Source: Candidatus Methanomethylicia archaeon
GTDB lineage: Archaea > Thermoproteota > Methanomethylicia > CALHIW01
Assembly: GCA_038845975.1 (NCBI GenBank)
Contig: JAWBQF010000014.1
Coordinates: forward strand, 11,910-67,081
Reading direction: 5' to 3'
Length of the DNA: 55,172 bases
The notes beneath the pieces are model-generated. The model was not told the DNA's origin. It searched no databases and saw nothing but the letters and a program-made list of their open reading frames with translations. Shown one piece after another: positions 20,350 to 30,895 of this stretch; within the stretch, counting starts at the first letter, position 1, and each line of letters opens with the position of its first letter. The position numbers were made by a program, and so were the translations under genes.

Positions 20350-21372
20350 TTATAGTTTTAAGGCAGCTTCTCTATATATTGGGTCGAGAAACTTATAGTT
20401 TTTAATTATGTTCATGTCTTCAAGCGCTTTAATTATATTTGATAGTATACTTGTTGATATTGTTGTATTCTCTTTCTCCTCAAGATACTTCTTTAATTTT
20501 ACCCATCCATCAATACCTTCAGCGATTGCTTTAAGAACAAGCTTATACCTTTTTGTTCTAGCAATATTGTTTAACTCTACCTTAGCGGTTTCTATAGCTA
20601 TTTCCAGTATTTCACTTAGATCACGGTATCCCGATATATACCTATTCCCATAGAAAGTTAGCCATCCAGGCACTCCATCAAATAACTCGACAACCTTCTC
20701 TAACCCATCTATACTTACACCAGCCTGTTTAAATCCTAATTTTAAAAACTCTATAGATTGCTCTCTACTAAATCTATCAATAACTATTTTATGTATGTAT
20801 CTACCGTATAGAGGTGATGTTGAATCCTCGGTTTTTAAGAAGTCTTGAAGTAGCCCAGCTTCTGAGCCTGTTAGAATAAAGGTTATATTATCATTGTAAT
20901 CATATGAATGCGCTAATGCTTCCCTTACTTCACTAGATAGAGGACCTCTTAAATACTGTGCTTCATCAATAGCTATTATGATTCTTCTCCTATTAAGATA
21001 GTCGAATAAACCAGTAATACTGATATAGTTTTTACCCTTCCAGGAAATTTCAACTTCACTACCAAGTATCTTAATGCTTTTTATGGCTGTTAATATGTTT
21101 TTAAGCTTATCAAGGGATGAAGATAGAGCTCTAGATATAAGGTTGTATAGATCTCTTCTTCCATAATTACTTTTAAGGCTACGAGCATCAATAATTATGT
21201 TCGGAATATCGATCATATTTAAAGCAACTCTAAGAATGGATGTTTTACCAATTCTTCTAATTCCTGTTAAGACTATTATTGGCCTATCAATATTTTTTAG
21301 GATTTCGCTTATTTCAGCATCCCTATTATAGAGGTCTTCCTTCTTGCTTTTAGGTCTTTCATCAAATAGCAT
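20350..21372 (-). CDS. Archaeal ATPase (ATPase_2 family) with C-terminal winged helix
   Basis: 'MLFDERPK', 'TGIRRIGKTS', 'IDEAQ', 'LTGS', 'SPLYGR', 'DGVPGWL'. Confidence 0.9.
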   Translation of the reverse strand: MLFDERPKSKKEDLYNRDAEISEILKNIDRPIIVLTGIRRIGKTSILRVALNMIDIPNIIIDARSLKSNYGRRDLYNLISRALSSSLDKLKNILTAIKSIKILGSEVEISWKGKNYISITGLFDYLNRRRIIIAIDEAQYLRGPLSSEVREALAHSYDYNDNITFILTGSEAGLLQDFLKTEDSTSPLYGRYIHKIVIDRFSREQSIEFLKLGFKQAGVSIDGLEKVVELFDGVPGWLTFYGNRYISGYRDLSEILEIAIETAKVELNNIARTKRYKLVLKAIAEGIDGWVKLKKYLEEKENTTISTSILSNIIKALEDMNIIKNYKFLDPIYREAALKL

Positions 21373-21377
21373 AGTTC

Positions 21378-21407
21378 TACCCCAGAACTATTGTTTTACC
21401 CCAGAAC
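21378..21407 (-). promoter_or_regulatory. Paired 11-bp direct repeats between TATA box and ATPase start
   Basis: TACCCCAGAAC (+ strand) at 21378-21388 and 21397-21407; minus-strand TTTATA box immediately upstream. Confidence 0.6.
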
Positions 21408-21592
21408 ATATAAATTTATCTCGACAAACACCACAGTTAACATCTACTTCTCATATTTCAAACATTACGATTTACTATAATCAATACCGTTTCTAAGTGA
21501 TGATGAGGGTTAAAGTAGGGAGTTTAATGTTTTCCTAGATTTAGTTAGTTATTAAGCTTTAACACTTATAAGGAGTTGTTTCTCTAGTATTT

Positions 21593-22918
21593 ATGGTTGA
21601 TGTATTAAATATTTTAAAGGAGTTGGTTGGAATTGAAAGTGTAAATGATCCTTCTAGAAGTATTAAGCCATCAATTAAGTGTGTACAATATCTTGAAAGT
21701 ATACTTAGAGATATTGGTTTTAAATCTGAAATTATTGAGAGTAATGGCTACTACTCTATTTTAGGTTATGTTGGCTATGGGTATCCAATAGTTATGCTTA
21801 TGGCCCATTATGATACTGTCCCAGTAGTTTTTGAGGAGTGGAGTAGTAATCCATTTACTTTAGGGATTGTTAATAATAGAATTTATGGTAGAGGAGTTTT
21901 CGATGATAAGGGTAATGTTGCAGCTATAATAGCAGCACTATCAAGAATTAGTTTTGAAAAAATTAATGGAACACTTATATATGCATTTACAGGTGATGAG
22001 GAGATTGGTGGAGTAAATGGAGCTTTAGCAGTAAGAGAGAACTTAAAGAGTAAAGGATTAACTCCAAACTACCTAGTGAATGGTGATGGATCTGATCTAT
22101 CAATAATTGTGAGGAGAAGAAATGTATTTAATATTGAGGTTACTATTAGGGAGGAGGTTACATATATTAGGGGTTTTGAAAGAAGTATTAGATTTAATGT
22201 ATTAACACCAGTTATGAATACACGTCACGCAGCATATTTTACACATGGAGTTGATACGCATCCTCTCATAGCTGCATCTCAATATTTAAGAGTCAATAGT
22301 AATCTAATTGCTTCAAGCATTAATGGCTTATTTATAAAGTCAAATGTAATTCCAAGCTGGGTTGAGCTTAAATACGTGGAACCTAGCTTAAACGGTGAAT
22401 TGATTAAGGCTGACTATGCATTAACATCTCTTGTGAAATCAATAATTCCAATGACGAAAGCATCTTTACATTCTGAGTTCTATAGTGATTATGGGGTAAC
22501 AATAACTCCGAACATGTACATGTACATCAATGGGCTGCATAAGCTAATTCTCGACGTTAGAGTAATGAGTAGAAGAAGTATTGAAATTATAGATGTATTT
22601 AGCGGAATATTAAGGGAAAATATACCGTCAGCATCGATTAAGATTTCAGGTGGATTAGGATATCTTAATACTCCTAAAAACTCTAAGATAGTAGCTACTG
22701 CTAGTAGAGTTCTTAAGGAATTAGGAATTGAGCCGAGAATAATAGAGGGAGCTGGAGCCTCAGATTCAAGATTCTACTCACCTTTAGGTATTGAATGTAT
22801 TGATTTCGGGTTAATAGGTGGAAACATGCATGGACCAAACGAATATATAGAAGCTAAATCTTTAGAAAAAGCTGTTAAATTCTATACTAGAATAATTGAG
22901 GAATTAACCAATCCCTAA
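21593..22918 (+). CDS. M20 family metallopeptidase (DapE/ArgE-like)
   Basis: 'AHYDTVP', 'YGRG..DDKG', 'DEEIGG', 'HGPNE'. Confidence 0.92.
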   Translation: MVDVLNILKELVGIESVNDPSRSIKPSIKCVQYLESILRDIGFKSEIIESNGYYSILGYVGYGYPIVMLMAHYDTVPVVFEEWSSNPFTLGIVNNRIYGRGVFDDKGNVAAIIAALSRISFEKINGTLIYAFTGDEEIGGVNGALAVRENLKSKGLTPNYLVNGDGSDLSIIVRRRNVFNIEVTIREEVTYIRGFERSIRFNVLTPVMNTRHAAYFTHGVDTHPLIAASQYLRVNSNLIASSINGLFIKSNVIPSWVELKYVEPSLNGELIKADYALTSLVKSIIPMTKASLHSEFYSDYGVTITPNMYMYINGLHKLILDVRVMSRRSIEIIDVFSGILRENIPSASIKISGGLGYLNTPKNSKIVATASRVLKELGIEPRIIEGAGASDSRFYSPLGIECIDFGLIGGNMHGPNEYIEAKSLEKAVKFYTRIIEELTNP

Positions 22919-23171
22919 CTTTATGGTTTCATAAATGGAAAACAATTAATAAGATGCTTAACTAACCTAATAAAATAATATAGCTGTACTGTAAGGTCTA
23001 TTAGAATAATATCATAATATAGCTGTTAAGGTTTATTAGAATAGTTCCTACCAGTTATTTCAGTCTTATTCAGCTTTTAGATTTAGACACGTATGAGTAG
23101 TATGTTAAATCTAGCATGGAAGCAATAAACTTTTAATATCCGAACTAGAGGCTTTATTGATTATGTAAAAA

Positions 23172-23855
23172 TTATATGGTGAGTTTAAATATTTTCTTTT
23201 TTTCAAGAGTTATAAACTGTATTTGAGGCATATTATTCATAATGTTTTCCTTAAGCTTATCATGCTGATAGTCTGAGCCATGAAATACAGCTACCACTTT
23301 TGGTTTAAGGTCTTTAACCATTTCGAAAGCATCTTCAGGTGAAGCTGTAGGGCTAGGTTCACCTGTTGGTAGTAATGCTATGTCTGTAGGTAGGTTTTTA
23401 AGAGGAATATAGGCTGAATCTGCACCATGAAATATTGAGAAATGCTTAAGCTTTACATGATATAACGTAATTGAACCTATATGTTTACCTCTAACAGGAG
23501 ATATTACTATTCCATCTATACTAATTTGCTTACTAGGATCAGCAACATATACCTTCTCCTTAGGGGCAAATTTTAAAACGTCATTATATATTGAGCGGTC
23601 AACAATTAGAGGGGCATTAGTACGTTTAAAAATGTGTTCAGCAGTTCGTGAATGATAATGGTCGTAGTGGTTGTGAGTATATAGTATAGCATTAAGTTTC
23701 TCAATATCTTGAATATCCCTGAAACCTATAAGATCAGCTAGATCAAACGCTAAGGCCTCACTAGAGGTTTTAACAATAACTCCTGAATAGCCGAAGAATA
23801 GAATTGCAGCTTCGTTTTCTGCTAGTGATGTTGAAAATAGATTTTTAACAGACAT
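23172..23855 (-). CDS. MBL-fold metallo-hydrolase
   Basis: 'THNHYDH', 'FHGADS', 'LKPK....H'; ATG 23855 preferred. Confidence 0.88.
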   Translation of the reverse strand: MSVKNLFSTSLAENEAAILFFGYSGVIVKTSSEALAFDLADLIGFRDIQDIEKLNAILYTHNHYDHYHSRTAEHIFKRTNAPLIVDRSIYNDVLKFAPKEKVYVADPSKQISIDGIVISPVRGKHIGSITLYHVKLKHFSIFHGADSAYIPLKNLPTDIALLPTGEPSPTASPEDAFEMVKDLKPKVVAVFHGSDYQHDKLKENIMNNMPQIQFITLEKKKIFKLTI

Positions 23856-23895
23856 GTTCTCACAATATAGTTTGTGAAGGATGTATATAAATGTA

Positions 23896-25221
23896 TTAGC
23901 TAATACCTGAAACAACAACTCCATCTATAGCAATTGTTGGAGAATATATGTTTCTATATTGCTTCAAAATCTTACCAATACCCTTAACACCCTCACATAT
24001 CATCTTATTAAAGTCTCCTGATACTGTAACACCTTTTACAGGTTTTCCAATTCTTCCATTCTCTATAAGGTATGCATGAGTAACTGTTGCGTTAAGATTT
24101 CCACTTACAGGGCTTGATAGCCATTCCCCAATAGTATCTATAACGTAAAGTCCATTACCTATGATTTCCAGAATTTCTTCAAGCATTAAGTCTCCAGGTT
24201 TAAGTATGAGATTGTTTGGAGCTGGTTTTGGGGTTGAATGATAGCTTCTATGAGCATTACCTGTAGATTTCCTACCCTCCTTTTTAGCAGTATAGTTATC
24301 ATATAGGAATGTTTTAAGAATACCGTTTTCTATCAGTATGTTTCTCTCCGGCTTTATACCATCATCATCAAACTCTCTACTTCCAAATCCTCCAGTTAAT
24401 AGTCCATCATCAATTAGAGTTATGGAATCCATAGCTACTCTACTATTTAGCTTACCTACATATGGAGATCTACCTTTCTGAACTTCATCTGCTGATAGGG
24501 ATATGGAGAACATAGTATCAATAATTCTTGAAAAAACATCAGCATCAAAAACAATAGGCATTACACCTCCCTTAATTGGTTTAGCATTAATAAAATCTAG
24601 AGCTTTTACTAAGGCATCATCAACCATACGTTTAAAATCTAGTTTAAACCATGATCTAGTCTCACAGTGACTTGTTCCTGTAGCCTTCCCGTTAAGTTCT
24701 TCAGCTACAATATCAATCCATGAGTATACATAGGTATATAGTCTCTCTAAATATCCACCATAAGAATTCGTAATCCTAACACTACCACTAGAAACCTCAA
24801 TATACCCCCTACTTAAACTAGTCTTAGAGCTTGAATCCCTAACATTATCAACTATGCTTTTAATAGCATCCATGATAACATCATAGCTTATATAGGCTGT
24901 TTCACGATCATAAACATCTTTAACAAATCCTCTACTAAGACTTTCAGGTAGTGAAGACCAGCCTGGATCTTCAGGTGATGCTTTAGCTATCCTACATGCA
25001 TCCTCAACACATTTTAAAGCATCGTTAAGAGATGTTGATGAAGACATTCCCATTCTCTTACCGTAGAAAACCCTAACACCAATACCGGAGCTAAACGATG
25101 TCTTAGATGATTTTAAATAGTTACTAAACATAAACTGTTTCATAGTGTTTTCAGTAATGTATATTTCAGCTTCTGAAGCTCCTAGGCTTAATGCATGTTT
25201 TAATGCCTTATCTAAAACCAT
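23896..25221 (-). CDS. pmbA: PmbA/TldE family protein
   Basis: 'GASEAEIY', 'FDDDG', 'STGNA'; no HExxH; directly downstream of tldD. Confidence 0.88.
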   Translation of the reverse strand: MVLDKALKHALSLGASEAEIYITENTMKQFMFSNYLKSSKTSFSSGIGVRVFYGKRMGMSSSTSLNDALKCVEDACRIAKASPEDPGWSSLPESLSRGFVKDVYDRETAYISYDVIMDAIKSIVDNVRDSSSKTSLSRGYIEVSSGSVRITNSYGGYLERLYTYVYSWIDIVAEELNGKATGTSHCETRSWFKLDFKRMVDDALVKALDFINAKPIKGGVMPIVFDADVFSRIIDTMFSISLSADEVQKGRSPYVGKLNSRVAMDSITLIDDGLLTGGFGSREFDDDGIKPERNILIENGILKTFLYDNYTAKKEGRKSTGNAHRSYHSTPKPAPNNLILKPGDLMLEEILEIIGNGLYVIDTIGEWLSSPVSGNLNATVTHAYLIENGRIGKPVKGVTVSGDFNKMICEGVKGIGKILKQYRNIYSPTIAIDGVVVSGIS

Positions 25222-25222
25222 A

Positions 25223-26614
25223 CTATCGACCTCCAACAACAATACTCCTAATTCTAACATGAGGGCCTCCATGTCCAACCTTTACTGTCTGATTATCCTT
25301 ACCGCAACCTCCGAAAATACTTGTTCTAATAGAGAAGTCTTTACCAACGGCATCTATTGACTTTAACGTATCTAGAATGTATCCGCTAAGTATTACACCT
25401 CTAACCATCTCACTAACTTCACCATTCCTAATAATATAGGATGGACCTGTATTAAATGTGAATGAGCCTATACCTACATTAACCTGTCCTCCACCAGCAC
25501 CGCATCCCTTAACATATAGGCCGAAATCCACATCTTCAATAAGCTCCTCAAAACTATAATCACCCTTCTCCATGTAGTAGTTTGTCTGTCGAACTATAGG
25601 AATCTGAGAGAAGCTTTCAGCTCTAGCATTACCTGTAGGCTCAATATTAAGCTCTGCAGCTGTTTCACGTGAAGTTAGGAATCCTCTTAAAACACCCTTA
25701 TCAACAACTACAGTTTTCCTTTTAACTACTCCTTCATCATCGACGGGTACGTTGAAGCCATCAGCAATAAGACCGTCATCAACAATAGTTACATATTTAC
25801 TAGCAATATATTCACCAATCCTACCCTGAAGAACAGATTCACCTGAAGCTACTAGATCAGCTTCTGATGCATGGCCGAATGCTTCATGAAGTATTAATCC
25901 AACCAAGTCAGGATCAGCAATAATAGTGTAGACTCCGGCTTTAGGATAGCTTGAATTTGAAGCTTTTAAAGCTGTTTCCGAAATATTCTCTACAAAACCA
26001 TACCAGTCAAAACCTTTAATGAACTCATACCCCATACAGCATGATCTAGAATCCCAAACCGATTCATAGCCTAGACTTCCATGAGCTGTAGATGAATGGC
26101 CAAGACCAACAATAGTAAGCTCATTTACTATTAGTGAATTATTTGAAGATGTAAAAACTCTACAATCCCTTAAGACACCTAGCTTCGTGATAACCGTCTT
26201 AATATTATTATCAATTCTGGAATGTTTATTAACATCAATAGCTAGAGATATAAATTCATCTATTGGAGTATTGAAGGGATTGATTTTAGTAATTGTTGAG
26301 AAATATCCATGAACAGGCTTAACATCTATGAGATTAATAGGCTTACTTATAGATTTAGATGCTCTAGCTATAGATAATGCATGATCAACAATAGAATCCG
26401 TATTTTTCAACATGGTTGAAGAGGAAAAACCCCATACACCATCAACAATAACTCTTAAACCAATACCTCTAATACTCCTATACTCAACCCCTCTAAGAAC
26501 ATTATTCTCAACAGTAATAGTAAAACCATTAACAACATGACCTCTAGCCTCAGCATAGGAAGCCCCCTTACTTAAAGAGGAATTAATAAGTTTAAGTAGT
26601 AAATCATCCATCAC
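25223..26614 (-). CDS. tldD: TldD family zinc metalloprotease
   Basis: 'HEAFGHASEAD', 'DDEG', 'TGNAR', 'GCGK..Q...VG.GGPH'. Confidence 0.94.
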   Translation of the reverse strand: MMDDLLLKLINSSLSKGASYAEARGHVVNGFTITVENNVLRGVEYRSIRGIGLRVIVDGVWGFSSSTMLKNTDSIVDHALSIARASKSISKPINLIDVKPVHGYFSTITKINPFNTPIDEFISLAIDVNKHSRIDNNIKTVITKLGVLRDCRVFTSSNNSLIVNELTIVGLGHSSTAHGSLGYESVWDSRSCCMGYEFIKGFDWYGFVENISETALKASNSSYPKAGVYTIIADPDLVGLILHEAFGHASEADLVASGESVLQGRIGEYIASKYVTIVDDGLIADGFNVPVDDEGVVKRKTVVVDKGVLRGFLTSRETAAELNIEPTGNARAESFSQIPIVRQTNYYMEKGDYSFEELIEDVDFGLYVKGCGAGGGQVNVGIGSFTFNTGPSYIIRNGEVSEMVRGVILSGYILDTLKSIDAVGKDFSIRTSIFGGCGKDNQTVKVGHGGPHVRIRSIVVGGR

Positions 26615-28069
26615 AACTTAACATAATAATACTAATATTTAAGCCTTACAACATTACCTATCTACATAAACAAAGCTAAACATATAAATAAAAGCTTCAA
26701 GAGCCTATAGCTTAAATCTCAACTATACATATCTCAAAATAGAGTTAATAATCAAGGATTAGTATTAAAGACCTAAGTGATAACTCTCTAAATACCATAA
26801 AGTTATATGTTGATATTTTGAAAATTTCTAAGCTAGATATGGTAGCCTATTCTATACATTAATAGTTTTATCATATTAGATTTCAGCTTCTTTAAGGGAT
26901 ATTCCTGATTTTAAACATTAAAGTCTAGAATTAGAGGAATAGACACGTAAGCATTGGAATTAGAGTTTTACTATTACTATGATAAGTAGCTTTTAAACAT
27001 TTAAATATTTCCATGATTAACAAGACCGGTTAAGAGAATAGATCTTTACATATAGTAGCAAAATACTAGTGAATCTAGTTAAGTTTAAAGAGTCAACGGA
27101 AGTTTAGAACCGTAATATAATTGCTAGCTTACTCAATAAAATATAATTCTTTAGCTGATTAAAGCTTAATGACTATATCTTATATTTTAGTAAAACCTTC
27201 CTGAACACGTAGAGATAGTTTATAATATATTGATTTCTGAAAGCTTTATTTTGTTTCGGGATTAATGGCTTGAAAACATAGAAGTTAGTTTACAGATAGT
27301 GGATTAAATAGTTAATGGAGTTTAGGCTTTATCTTCAGGAAAACTTCTCAATATTTATTCTTTTATCCTTTAAATGCTTTATTAGGCTTCCTCCATCTCA
27401 AATTCGACGAATAGATATGCTAAATAGATATGCTATTAACATTTAAACAGCTGGCTTAAATTGAATTATTTAAGTATAGTAGTTATACATAACATCTAGG
27501 AATTTTAAATAGTTATAAGTTGAAAACTTCTTAATAGTGGTAGCTAAAATATCTTCTACTCCAGTATTTTAGCTAAACTTTTTGAAATAGCTACTTGAAG
27601 TCTTCAGCTGTCCTTTACCATATTCATGTATTACTATGTAGGAGAACTTAATGTATATTAAATAGTTTAACTCTAAATCATATTATTCCTCTACTAATTT
27701 CTACTAATGTTAGAATACTTATTATTAATACTATACTTCATCTATAATTTCATTCTCTAGACGGTTAGATTCTATAAGCTGATACTTAGCATAATTCTTC
27801 TTTCCATAGCTAATACATGTTCTAGTAAGTTTTATTGCTTTCCTAGTTAGATGTGTAGTGATGTTAATATATGCTCTAACAATGGCTGCAATAGTAGCTT
27901 CCTGTAGTAGTATGCATTGGTCTTTAATTTCTATTAGTAAGCGGACATGTTTATGGCCCAGTGGAATAAATGCTACAAACAGTTAATATCTTCATTTATA
28001 GATATATATATTAACCATAGCTATACTATATGCTAGCCTACGTAAATATTTGCATGAGAATGGTTATCT

Positions 28070-30325
28070 ATGATTAGTGTAGATGAAGCTATAAACAATG
28101 TAATTAATGAAGCGATTAGTAGTTGTGAGAGGAGACTTATAGCAGTATCCGGATCTAGTAGCTTAGATGTTGCTAGAAGAATAGTTGAATTGTATACTTC
28201 TAATAGTAGAGGTGATGTTTCAGGCTTATTGATGAGTGTTAATGCTTCTGAAACCTATAGGTCATGGCTTGAAAAACCAATAGTAAACTTTAACGCTACA
28301 GCTATTGACTATGCGAAGACGGTAGAGGTTATTGGTGGAACATGGAATATTTTAGTATTAGATGTTTCAATTCAATTTAGTCCTAGCGATATTGGTAGAT
28401 TAGTAGAGGTTGTAAGTGGGGGAGGACTAGTAATATTTACTTTACCACCTATTAGTGAATGGATTTCGAAGCCAACACTATTTCAGAAGTGGCTTATAGT
28501 ACCGCCATATAGTGAAAAAGAGCTTAGACATATATTTAAGAGAAGATTTATAAATACAGTAATCAATAGTGAGGGAACATGGCTTCTCGACTTGGAGAAG
28601 AATGAAGCTATAGGAAAGCCTAGAAATACTAAAACTGAAGTAAATGTAAAGCCTGAAGCTGAGGGTATATGTAAGCTAGCCTTAACAAGCGATCAAGTAA
28701 ACGTTATAAGGGAATGTGAGAAAGCATTTAAAGACGAGGGTAGAAAAACAGTTGTTATACTAGCTAATAGAGGTAGAGGTAAGTCTGCAGCTATTGGGCT
28801 AGCACTTGCAGATATAGTTTCAAAAGGAATAGTTAAGAGAGTAGTTATAACATCACCTGAACCTACAGGTGCTAGTACACTATATAGATTCCTTAAGAAT
28901 GGACTTAGCTTCCTAAATGTTAGATATGTTGAGGAGAAGAAGAAAATTCTAGATACTATTAGGATTGGAGATGTAAAAATCGTATATATGAGACCGGATC
29001 TAGCTTCAAGGGTTAGAGCTGATGTGAAGATTGTTGATGAAGCTGCAAGCATTCCTATACCGCTACTATACCGTATTATAGGTTCAGCTAGATTCTCAAT
29101 GTTTGCTTCAACAGTACATGGATATGAAGGGACAGGTAGAAGTTTTACTCTAAGATTTTTAAAGGGGCTTAAAGAAATTAAAAATCTTAGTGTTAAAGAG
29201 CTTACAATGACAACTCCTATAAGATATCCTGTTAATGACCCTATTGAGAAATGGCTTTACAGCTTCCTTCTACTAAACGCTGAACCACCAGAAATCAGCT
29301 TAGATACGGTTAGGAAAAGGAATACGTATTATGTTCATCTAGATATTAATAGACTATTTGAGGATGAAGAAATGTTGAAAGGATTCTATGGAATATATGT
29401 TATGGCGCATTATCGAAATAGACCTGACGATCTAGCAATACTTGCAGACGCTCCTCATCATTCTGCTAGAGCTTTAATGATGAATGGTAAAGTTATAGTA
29501 TCAATTCAGCTAGCTGAAGAAGGGGGATTAAGTGAACAGCTAATAGAAGAATATATGAAGGAAGGAGTTAAGCTTTCAGGACATATGATACCTCATAGAT
29601 TAGCAGTATACAATGGGTTAAAATCATTTCCTAAATTAAAGGGGTTAAGAATTGTAAGAATAGCAACGCATCCTAAGCTTTGGGGGGAGGGATTTGGTTC
29701 AAAAACACTTAGAGAACTTACTTTAGAAGCTGAAGCTAAAGGATACGATTGGATTGGAGCAGGATTTGGAGCTACAAGAGATCTTATAAGGTTTTGGACT
29801 AGAAACAATTTCATACCAGTACATTTAAGCCCAGTTAGAAACCCTACAACAGGTGAATTCAGCATACTTGTAGTTAAACCATTAACACGTAGAGCGCAGA
29901 AACAATTAATAGTAGCAAGTAGAGAGTTTAAATTAAGATTTCTAAACTCTCTACACAACATATACTTCGACTTAAACCCATATCTAATACTTGATGTTTT
30001 AAATATTGGATTTTCAAAACCAATATTAAGATTTACAAAAGCACAGTTAAATAGGCTTGAAGGATACGTTAAGGGAAGCTTAAGCTATGAGGCAAGTGCT
30101 GATGCAGTTCTAGAAATTACTAAAGCATACTTCATGGATGACAATATTGAAAAACCAAAAATAAACGAGGATATAAAAGCATTAATGATCGCAAAAGTAA
30201 TACAGGGTAAAAAATGGCATTTAATCAGGAAGATAATTAAGATTGATAAGCCTCTCGATAAGCTTAGAGAGGCAGTAGGGGAGCTGATTCAATACTATGG
30301 TGGGAGGAAAAGTATTAAGGTTTAA
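28070..30325 (+). CDS. tmcA: RNA cytidine N4-acetyltransferase TmcA/Nat10 (helicase + GNAT)
   Basis: 'ANRGRGKSAAIG', 'VDEAA', 'STVHGYEGTGR', 'PIRY..NDPIE', 'AHYRNRPDDL', 'RIVRIATHP'. Confidence 0.95.
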   Translation: MISVDEAINNVINEAISSCERRLIAVSGSSSLDVARRIVELYTSNSRGDVSGLLMSVNASETYRSWLEKPIVNFNATAIDYAKTVEVIGGTWNILVLDVSIQFSPSDIGRLVEVVSGGGLVIFTLPPISEWISKPTLFQKWLIVPPYSEKELRHIFKRRFINTVINSEGTWLLDLEKNEAIGKPRNTKTEVNVKPEAEGICKLALTSDQVNVIRECEKAFKDEGRKTVVILANRGRGKSAAIGLALADIVSKGIVKRVVITSPEPTGASTLYRFLKNGLSFLNVRYVEEKKKILDTIRIGDVKIVYMRPDLASRVRADVKIVDEAASIPIPLLYRIIGSARFSMFASTVHGYEGTGRSFTLRFLKGLKEIKNLSVKELTMTTPIRYPVNDPIEKWLYSFLLLNAEPPEISLDTVRKRNTYYVHLDINRLFEDEEMLKGFYGIYVMAHYRNRPDDLAILADAPHHSARALMMNGKVIVSIQLAEEGGLSEQLIEEYMKEGVKLSGHMIPHRLAVYNGLKSFPKLKGLRIVRIATHPKLWGEGFGSKTLRELTLEAEAKGYDWIGAGFGATRDLIRFWTRNNFIPVHLSPVRNPTTGEFSILVVKPLTRRAQKQLIVASREFKLRFLNSLHNIYFDLNPYLILDVLNIGFSKPILRFTKAQLNRLEGYVKGSLSYEASADAVLEITKAYFMDDNIEKPKINEDIKALMIAKVIQGKKWHLIRKIIKIDKPLDKLREAVGELIQYYGGRKSIKV

Positions 30326-30617
30326 GGGAAGGTTTAAAGAAGATATATTAAGTGGAAGAAAAACAACAACTATAAGGAAGTACTCAAAACTTAAACCTGG
30401 AGAAGTTGTTAAAATAGAGGTTGGTGGGGAGATAATTGGTAAGGCAGAGATTAAGAAAATAATAAGAAAGGAGTTTAGGGACTTAACAATAAAAGATGCC
30501 TTAAACGATGGGTTTAAATCACTACATGAATTAAAGAAAACACTATGTTTACTCTACGGTAAAATATGTGAGAATGAGAGCTTATACATAATAGAGTTTA
30601 AACTCATAAGAAACTAG
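30297..30617 (+). CDS. ASCH domain protein, YqfB-like
   Basis: 'F..RF.EDILSGRKTTTIR' (GxKxxTxR), 'DALNDGF.S..EL', 'YIIEF'; 29-nt overlap with tmcA. Confidence 0.88.
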   Translation: MVGGKVLRFKGRFKEDILSGRKTTTIRKYSKLKPGEVVKIEVGGEIIGKAEIKKIIRKEFRDLTIKDALNDGFKSLHELKKTLCLLYGKICENESLYIIEFKLIRN

Positions 30618-30895
30618 TAGTAATACGTATATGGCTCATCATCAACTTGTTTAATGATATCCTCAATATCCTCATCTAAAACTATTCTAGCTATCTTAAG
30701 AATGTTTTTTAGGGATGGATTTCTTCTAGCTTTCTGAATTATTGGTTTATGTTCTGGATGTTCATGTATAAGCATTCTAGCCATCTCCTCAAAAACCTTT
30801 CTACCCTCACTATTAAGCACATCATTTGAAAAATATCCTCTATAGTTAAGGAGGAGCTTTCTTAAGAGATTTCTCACATCAAAACCATAGCTCAC
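30614..30895 (-). CDS. Small hypothetical protein translationally coupled to translin
   Basis: 93 aa; ATGTGA-type overlap with translin stop. Confidence 0.72.
   Translation of the reverse strand: MSYGFDVRNLLRKLLLNYRGYFSNDVLNSEGRKVFEEMARMLIHEHPEHKPIIQKARRNPSLKNILKIARIVLDEDIEDIIKQVDDEPYTYYY

Noticed and set aside
21497-21545. GATGATGAGGGTTAAAG box-C-like start
   Set aside because: No downstream CTGA D box at proper distance
22975-23043. Imperfect tandem duplication between convergent genes
   Set aside because: Degenerate and AT-rich with no functional clue
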